This document shows positions 58,288 through 64,000 of a stretch of DNA of 64,000 bases, piece after piece (position 1 is the first letter of the stretch; the number at the start of each line of letters is the position of its first letter). The translations under genes and the position numbers were made by a program. The notes under the pieces were generated by a model. It was not told the origin of the DNA, did not search any database, and worked only from the letters and a program-made list of their open reading frames with translations. This stretch comes from Bacteroidales bacterium (GTDB lineage Bacteria; Bacteroidota; Bacteroidia; Bacteroidales; UBA12077), in assembly GCA_028282785.1 (NCBI GenBank), contig JANQHE010000037.1, positions 206,856 through 270,855 on the forward strand. Direction: 5' to 3'.

Positions 58288-59226
58288 TTATTCCAGAGGA
58301 AATTTATCATAAAAGGCAAAGCCTCCCTTTACAGAATCTTCATGTGCATATTCCTCTCCTGTCATTCTATGAAATAAATCCTTAAGCTTAGCACTGGTAA
58401 ACAGATTACCATGTCTCAATTCTCCTAAAGCCATGTTTTTTAGTAAAACGTAGTTAGAAGCTTCTTTTCTATCTTTTCCCTTAAAAACTACTCCCTGATT
58501 ATTAGCTCCATCTACATAAAATGCATATTGTGGTTGATGTTCATCGGTCCACCTATATGGCCCCATCCCCGCAGAACATACCAGGTGAATATCAAATTCC
58601 TCATTCTTTAACCTTTCCTTTGTGTTATCCAAACAAATTTCCAATCCATATACTATGTCATCAATTTTAAATATACCCCCACCGTTAAATCCTGAAATAT
58701 TTGATTCCGTTCCGGCTTCATCGACTTCAGGTTTTATCAAATTTCCTATCTCGGAAAAATCCAAATCAGAGATATTCTCTTTAATTACAACAAAACAATT
58801 TTCTCCTGCTGTAATTTGATCGTACTTAACTCCTCCTTTTAATACAAGAGCTGAGTTAAGAATTACCCTTTCATTAGCTGGATTAAGATAGCTAACAACA
58901 ACTGTCCCAAAAATAAACAGCCAGTCTTTATAAATATTTTTACCAGTTTCTACACTCATTAATCTAAATATTTCCGGTATAACATTTAAATCTTCATAAT
59001 AGCCTTTTTTAGGCCTGAAGAAAAACTCAGGTGCCATAAAAACTTTTAGTGTGTCTTCTGAAGAATAATTTTGTGCCCAATTTTCATTCGCATACATAAT
59101 TGCTTTTTCTAAAACCAATAATCTTGCTATGTAATCTTCTTTTTGATCTTCAAGGCCAACATAAGTTTCCGGGCCTCCACTTACATAAGGGGAAAAATCT
59201 GCAAATGTGATATATTTATATTTCAT
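58288..59226 (-). CDS. Carbon-nitrogen-hydrolase (nitrilase-superfamily)-like protein
   Basis: Candidate E-K-C triad: FMAPEFFF, VVIKENISDLDF and YGLEICLDN. 312 aa with no signal peptide. Confidence 0.5.
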   Translation of the reverse strand: MKYKYITFADFSPYVSGGPETYVGLEDQKEDYIARLLVLEKAIMYANENWAQNYSSEDTLKVFMAPEFFFRPKKGYYEDLNVIPEIFRLMSVETGKNIYKDWLFIFGTVVVSYLNPANERVILNSALVLKGGVKYDQITAGENCFVVIKENISDLDFSEIGNLIKPEVDEAGTESNISGFNGGGIFKIDDIVYGLEICLDNTKERLKNEEFDIHLVCSAGMGPYRWTDEHQPQYAFYVDGANNQGVVFKGKDRKEASNYVLLKNMALGELRHGNLFTSAKLKDLFHRMTGEEYAHEDSVKGGFAFYDKFPLE

Positions 59227-59414
59227 ATTTTTAAATTTTTTAATTTGTTATTTTTAACTTATCCTAATAGACTATATAACAATCTATTATATTACCAAAT
59301 CATTAATGAATGTAATTTTAAGTATAATTTAATGATATATTATACTACAAAACTTTATATAATTATAATTTTCGGCTTAGACTAACTCAACGAAGATATT
59401 TTATTTACCAGCTT

Positions 59415-60650
59415 CTATTTTTTTCTGTTTCGGGTTGGAATCTCTACATCTAACCATATATCCCAATAATCTTCACTTAATTTCCCATTAACCTCTTTTA
59501 AACTCTCCCCTTCTTTTTTCCATACTCCAAACCTATCGCTTTTATCATATTCACTATCACAATGTAAAAGCACACCTCCTTCAATTAGATCTATACTATT
59601 CTCATTATGATCTGTTGATGCTGACAATATAATATGAATATCCGGACGTATTTCCTCTTTATTATAATCCGGACAATTCTCCAAAACTTTATCCTGATGA
59701 TCTTTACAAATCTCCAGTATTATTTGATGTGAACTGTCCTCCATACGATAATTCCATTGACTCTTTGGTCCTTTTACAAAAAACCGGCTATTTGGGTCCA
59801 TACCAATATAATGTAACTTTTGATCAGGTTTAGGAGGATGCATTAAATAAGTCCCGGTAATTTCTATATACTCCTCATGTTTACATAGTTTGGTCACGCT
59901 ACCATCTCTAAAAACCTGAGCGCAATTCATCAAAAACGTTGTTTCGGGATTTTGCAATGTTTCCTTTAAATCCTCATTGGTGTAATAACCAGATCTGTAT
60001 ATTTCAGGAGCTTGAACGGATGCTAACTGAGCTTCTTTAGGATTAATTCTTGATAAAATATTTTTATAGCGTATATCTCGGGCTATTTGCGGATCAAAAT
60101 CCTTAAATAATAAATTCTCATTCTTTTGAATCTTTTTAAATTCTTCTAATTTTGAGCTTCTTACTATTGTTCCGGGTATTATATAACAACCTTCCGGACG
60201 ATTGAATTTAAGATTCTCCATTAACTGATCTACTTTTATTACATTTTCCTCATTCAGTGCCCTGGAAGACAACATATAAGTTACATCATTATTATTAGCA
60301 TTTTTCTTGAGCCAATCCTCAACCTGCTCACTGCTCTCAAGGCTTGAAGCATTTCCTGTAAAATCTTGCCATACGTTTGAAAAATTGCCTCTCGGATATT
60401 CTTTAATGCCCTTATCCATATAAGATTTCATATCTAAAACGACCTCTTTCTTGGTTTTTGTTGCTTTTTCTGCAAAAAAATATTCAGGTGCCAGAATAAT
60501 AAAGGGTTTTTTATTAATTTTATTAGCTGCATGCATAGCATTCTCAAATATTTCGATTCTCTCATCAACAGATTTAACCATTCCCGACTGTTCCGATGTT
60601 TTCAGTTTTATCATTAGAATATTATATTCTTTTGATCCTTCTTTTTCCAT
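59415..60650 (-). CDS. Carbon-nitrogen-hydrolase-like protein, paralog
   Basis: IILAPEYFFAEK, LCKHEEYIE and QIILEICKDHQD. 411 aa with no signal peptide. Confidence 0.45.
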   Translation of the reverse strand: MEKEGSKEYNILMIKLKTSEQSGMVKSVDERIEIFENAMHAANKINKKPFIILAPEYFFAEKATKTKKEVVLDMKSYMDKGIKEYPRGNFSNVWQDFTGNASSLESSEQVEDWLKKNANNNDVTYMLSSRALNEENVIKVDQLMENLKFNRPEGCYIIPGTIVRSSKLEEFKKIQKNENLLFKDFDPQIARDIRYKNILSRINPKEAQLASVQAPEIYRSGYYTNEDLKETLQNPETTFLMNCAQVFRDGSVTKLCKHEEYIEITGTYLMHPPKPDQKLHYIGMDPNSRFFVKGPKSQWNYRMEDSSHQIILEICKDHQDKVLENCPDYNKEEIRPDIHIILSASTDHNENSIDLIEGGVLLHCDSEYDKSDRFGVWKKEGESLKEVNGKLSEDYWDIWLDVEIPTRNRKK

Positions 60651-60715
60651 TGTATAAATTTTAATTCATTTACATACTTCTTTAACAGCGTTATTTATTA
60701 ACATATTTTAATACC

Positions 60716-60748
60716 TTAACCATTAAAATTGGGCCCTGCTCTAATCAT
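60716..60748 (-). CDS. SD-led micro-ORF encoding MIRAGPNFNG*
   Basis: GGAGGT at 60758..60753, a 4-nt spacer, then ATG ATT AGA GCA GGG CCC AAT TTT AAT GGT TAA. The ATG is 41 nt after the -7 box of module e, and the stop is 65 nt before the main ATG at 60650. Confidence 0.6.
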   Translation of the reverse strand: MIRAGPNFNG

Positions 60749-60786
60749 AATTACCTCCTTCTTTATTTAGTTTATCATTTACTTAG

Positions 60787-60832
60787 ATCAAAAGTAGTTG
60801 GTACTAAATCCCTATGATAGTATATATCGGAC
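60787..60832 (-). promoter_or_regulatory. Island promoter-like module e
   Basis: Minus strand: GTCCGATATATACTATCATAGGGATTTAGTACCAACTACTTTTGAT. Confidence 0.6.
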
Positions 60833-60943
60833 ATGAGATTTTTTATTCGTTTATCTAAGTTTAAAAATCTTAAATAGGACAAAAAAAGCGAAGGGCACCC
60901 TTCACTTTACTTGTATATTGAATATTTTCTACGCTGAACCGGC

Positions 60944-61177
60944 TTAATAGATCTTGTTAAGAAATGTTTCTTTGCGGTCAACGATTTCAAGCTCTTGTAA
61001 AGTATCATTTATTGCATCCATAAAACCTTTGTCTTCAATTGTTGCAGTTCCCTCATACATTCTTCGCAACGACATATAAAATTTTAATTCTCCAAAAGCA
61101 AATTCATCAATTTTATTGTTAGCTTCAATAATAGAATTTGAGTATTGGTTGATCTTTTTTTCTATAAAATCTTTCAT
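60944..61177 (-). CDS. Small hypothetical protein (77 aa)
   Basis: ORF immediately downstream of the protease-like gene. A role as its partner or inhibitor is speculation. Confidence 0.4.
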   Translation of the reverse strand: MKDFIEKKINQYSNSIIEANNKIDEFAFGELKFYMSLRRMYEGTATIEDKGFMDAINDTLQELEIVDRKETFLNKIY

Positions 61178-61246
61178 CTGTTTTAATTTTAATTAAGTTC
61201 ATAAAGTTTAATGTATATCAGAATGTGCATAATTTTATAATTTACC

Positions 61247-61933
61247 CTAATGAGTTTTTTTAAAGCTAAATCCCATTTTTGCTGCTAAAATTGTCATTTT
61301 ATAAGCATAGGTATAATCAGAATCTACCTTAAATAAAAGGCCAACGGGCTTGTTTGTTCCTGATTCGACAAATACAGCCCCTGAATCGGCATACTCGGAT
61401 ACAATTTTTTCTATGATAAGTATATTACGCTCTACTTGTTTTATGTTTCCGGTAGAAAGGCCGGTTTTACAACCGGTTTTAAATACATCCCTACCTTCCG
61501 TAGGTTCAATTGGATCTGCATTAATCTCCCTGTCTATTTGTTCTAATGGAATTATTATCTCACAAAGTGCAGCATCATATTCATCATATGCTTCGCTAAC
61601 AAATGCTACAATTTTAGCTCGCTTATCTCCTCTGGGATATTGGGGATGAAAAACAGGAATCTCACCTTCTTCTATTCGTTTGAGCAACTCAGGAGCTAAA
61701 TCCCAATCACGCTCCTTTATTCTAACTAATAACTTTTCTCTGTTACGTTCTGTTTGTTCAGGATCATCAGTTGTTATAACATGTTTATTGGTTAATATCA
61801 TTGGCTTGCCATCTTTAAAAACAATAGCACCCAATGTTCCTTTTGAAGCTGTTGATAAGCCACTTATTTCCATTCCAGCCTTTAATATGAATTCATTTTT
61901 TAATTCATGTGTTTTATCTTTTACCGTTTCCAT
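61247..61933 (-). CDS. Trypsin-like (S1/chymotrypsin-fold) serine protease candidate
   Basis: His in GKPMILTNKHVI, Asp in EYDAALCEI and Ser in EYADSGAVFV, in the canonical H-D-S order. 228 aa with no signal peptide. Confidence 0.5.
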   Translation of the reverse strand: METVKDKTHELKNEFILKAGMEISGLSTASKGTLGAIVFKDGKPMILTNKHVITTDDPEQTERNREKLLVRIKERDWDLAPELLKRIEEGEIPVFHPQYPRGDKRAKIVAFVSEAYDEYDAALCEIIIPLEQIDREINADPIEPTEGRDVFKTGCKTGLSTGNIKQVERNILIIEKIVSEYADSGAVFVESGTNKPVGLLFKVDSDYTYAYKMTILAAKMGFSFKKTH

Positions 61934-61998
61934 ATTTATTTTTTTAATACATTGTTTTATTTATGTGTTATTTAAATTGAGTGTTTAGTTTTTTTTAG

Positions 61999-62460
61999 TT
62001 AATTTTTATTATCGATCAACTTATATTTGCATTTTTGTATTATTCGCAGCACATCAGACATAAACAAGATATCGTTACTTTTTCTAATTTTTAAATAATT
62101 AACTGATCGCACCATATCAGGTACTAAGGGACCCAATTCTTTTTTTAGGTTTAAATCTTTAAACAGTTCTGTTGAATTTATTGCCATTAAAACCTCTCCC
62201 TCCACATCTACATCTTCAATACTGAATTTCGCATCATGAAAAGCATTCAAAACGGCAACCCCATCAACCTCGTATGATAATTTATATTTTATGTTCTTTA
62301 AAATCGATTCTGACAGATTATGGATATTCTTTGTATCATTCCAAGGCGTGTTCTCAATTTTTTTTAGCAATTCTTCTTTAGTTAATTCTGAATATTTCTC
62401 TATCCAGGCTATTAGTCCGCTGTTTAAAATTTCAGCCGTGGTTTGATATTCTTTCTCCAT
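61999..62460 (-). CDS. Hypothetical protein (153 aa)
   Basis: First ORF after module f. No recognised motif. Confidence 0.45.
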   Translation of the reverse strand: MEKEYQTTAEILNSGLIAWIEKYSELTKEELLKKIENTPWNDTKNIHNLSESILKNIKYKLSYEVDGVAVLNAFHDAKFSIEDVDVEGEVLMAINSTELFKDLNLKKELGPLVPDMVRSVNYLKIRKSNDILFMSDVLRIIQKCKYKLIDNKN

Positions 62461-62507
62461 AATTCGTTTCTTTTATATTTTTATGATTTTAGTGACTTTC
62501 AATTAAT

Positions 62508-62553
62508 ATCAAAAATAGTTGGTACCAATTTCTTGTGATAGTAAATATCGGAC
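62508..62553 (-). promoter_or_regulatory. Island promoter-like module f
   Basis: Minus strand: GTCCGATATTTACTATCACAAGAAATTGGTACCAACTATTTTTGAT. Confidence 0.6.
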
Positions 62554-62963
62554 AACTAAATATCTGGCAAATAAGGTGTTTAATTGGTTCTGGATTTTGA
62601 CAAATTCAAACGGTATAGCAGGTAAAAGTGTCTATGATAAGTAAAAAAACATATTTCAATACTATATAATAAACATAACTTTCCGGGCTCAATAAGATCT
62701 TAAATAAACAGTATTAGAGGATAAATATATCAATGGCCAAGCTTGAGTGGTTTAATGTTAATGATAAACCCAACAACATGGTATAATATAAGCAGCTCTC
62801 TGAATAAATTGAGAATAAAAATCAACAAATGGAATGCTGAATGCAGTCGGAGTCTTCCTATAAAAAAGTTTTTATTTCTAAATTAAATGACATGAATAAA
62901 TAGAGAAAAATACCGGCGATTTGTCAACATCAAACTCCCTAACAAGGACCAGAAAAATAAACC

Positions 62964-63320
62964 CTAAAGCACAATCAGTGGCCTGTAAAAATAAAAATGC
63001 CCTTCGGTTATTTTTAAAAAATGCGAAGGGGTGGTTTTCATTATTTCTTTAAACTCATGTATAAAATGCATCTGGTCATAATATCCACATGAACATAATA
63101 CATCAAATAAATCTATTTCGGGAAATGTGGAAATTTGCATACAAGCATAATTAAAACGAATTATTCTTAAGTACTTTTTGGGAGCTATACCCATATCTTC
63201 CGTAAATAGCCTGTGAATACTTCTTATACTAAGGTTTAATTTATCGGCAATTTCTTTAACTGTACAACAGCCATTGTGTTCAATTATAAAATCGTTTGCT
63301 TCTTGTAATCTGTCGGACAT
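62964..63320 (-). CDS. AraC-family HTH domain protein (C-terminal half of a split AraC-type regulator)
   Basis: CTVKEIADKLNLSIRSIHRLFTEDMGIAPKKYLRIIRFNYA..GYYDQMHFIHEFKEIMKTTPSHF. The start lies 2 nt after the stop of 63323..63832, in a different frame. Confidence 0.75.
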   Translation of the reverse strand: MSDRLQEANDFIIEHNGCCTVKEIADKLNLSIRSIHRLFTEDMGIAPKKYLRIIRFNYACMQISTFPEIDLFDVLCSCGYYDQMHFIHEFKEIMKTTPSHFLKITEGHFYFYRPLIVL

Positions 63321-63322
63321 GG

Positions 63323-63832
63323 CTAGGTAGTTGTTTTTAATTCTTCTAAAAAGAATTCATTTAATATTTTTTCACGTTGTTTGTTACAGGAAGCATTCGT
63401 TATTTTATCAATCAGATTTTTACTTCTATCTCCAAAGATTGTTTCCAGCCGGACTATTTTGTTTGTAAATGCTTTAACTGGAAAACCTAAATATTGACAA
63501 ACTCCCCTAAAGTTAAATGTTATAAATATTCCGCTTAAGTAGGCACTTTTTGTAACAGGTTTTATATACAAAGCATTTTCCAATTCGAAAATTCCCACTA
63601 TGAAATTTGTAAGTGCTATTTCATTCTTTCCATTGGTAATAATTAAGTTACTGTTATTGTAAAATAAAAACATTTCAACTTTACCGTTTGAAACCACTTT
63701 TAAATACTTATCATTGGTAATATGTGTGTTTTCAAAAAACACATAGTTTTCGATGAATTGTGCCACCTCATCTCTTGGAATTGAAACAGACTTTTTCATC
63801 TTACCAATTAATTCAAAATAAGTATTATTCAT
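63323..63832 (-). CDS. AraC-type regulator N-terminal (ligand/dimerization) half
   Basis: 169-aa ORF directly upstream of the HTH ORF. The two together total ~287 aa, the size of a normal single-chain AraC regulator. Confidence 0.5.
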   Translation of the reverse strand: MNNTYFELIGKMKKSVSIPRDEVAQFIENYVFFENTHITNDKYLKVVSNGKVEMFLFYNNSNLIITNGKNEIALTNFIVGIFELENALYIKPVTKSAYLSGIFITFNFRGVCQYLGFPVKAFTNKIVRLETIFGDRSKNLIDKITNASCNKQREKILNEFFLEELKTTT

Positions 63833-64000
63833 TTTTCGTTTTTATTAAAAAAAGCTACTTAAAAGTTAATTGCAACAACTGCCCACAACTGACATATTGA
63901 ACTAACAGTAAGTGCATTACAACAATCGTACATGTAATCTTTTTGATGCTTATCATTTCAATTTAGTTTTATGGTTTTATCTAAATTAGATAGTATAATT

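Noticed and set aside
449-61988. All plus-strand ORFs in the track other than 4833..5459 (for example 21204..21743, 50334..50939, 55309..55809 and 45596..45943)
   Set aside because: Each lies antisense inside a longer minus-strand ORF that has clear protein-family motifs. Their translations are low-complexity (F/L/I/S-rich), as expected from the reverse complement of AT-rich coding sequence.
35987-62553. CRISPR array, integron cassette array, or invertible-promoter (phase-variation) explanations for the repeated modules
   Set aside because: The repeats are 0.7-12 kb apart with genes between them, not 25-50-bp spacers. No cas, integrase or recombinase gene is present. The modules are directional promoter-like sequences at gene 5' ends, not attC-like imperfect palindromes at 3' ends. 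They are not flanked by matched inverted repeats as invertons are.
35987-62553. Prophage, ICE, T6SS or contractile-injection-system identity for the island
   Set aside because: I could recognise no capsid, terminase, portal, tail sheath or tube, baseplate, VgrG/PAAR, Hcp, AAA+ ATPase, relaxase or integrase motif. The family-1 proteins do not resemble the Hcp, TssB or tube-protein N-termini that I know.
1-64000. tRNA, rRNA, tmRNA or known riboswitch genes
   Set aside because: Reading the intergenic regions, I found no cloverleaf-compatible GC-rich segments, rRNA-like conserved blocks or recognisable riboswitch cores. A covariance-model scan would be needed to be sure.

Overview
This is a 64-kb chromosomal window from a low-GC, Bacteroidota-type genome. 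The phylum call rests on a SusC/SusD pair, many lipoprotein signals and TAnnTTTG-type -7 boxes. Every credible gene except one (4833..5459) lies on the minus strand. There are three blocks. (1) 0-11 kb holds a 1411-aa hybrid PAS histidine kinase, surface and lipoprotein genes, a HAD hydrolase, TrmO, and a split three-gene HipB/HipS/HipT-like toxin-antitoxin module with palindromic operators. (2) 11.1-31.5 kb is a mannose/mannan-type polysaccharide utilization locus. It contains SusC/SusD, a GH92 fused to an SGNH esterase, three paralogous uncharacterized hydrolase candidates, a mannose-6-P isomerase, a ROK kinase, an MFS transporter and a GntR regulator. (3) About 36.0-62.6 kb is a 26-kb co-oriented accessory island, and it is the most unusual part of the window. 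It carries ten copies of one fixed-geometry 46-nt promoter-like module. Several copies are followed, at a constant 40-41 nt, by a strong Shine-Dalgarno (AAGGAGGT-N4-ATG) and a micro-ORF encoding MIRAGP, which matches the IRAGP core of the SecM ribosome-arrest motif. The island genes include five paralogs of one ~160-190 aa family (DUF2589-like, recalled from memory), three carbon-nitrogen-hydrolase-like paralogs, two ~345-aa all-helical paralogs, and a set of enzymes that resemble effectors and lack signal peptides: a YopT/C58-like Cys protease, an aspzincin/M35-like metalloprotease, a patatin phospholipase, a YkuD-fold L,D-peptidase-like protein and a trypsin-like protease. The island also contains MITE-like palindromic elements and larger intergenic duplications. 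I found no rRNA, tRNA, CRISPR array, integrase or transposase. All family assignments come from motifs read by eye and need HMM or structure confirmation.
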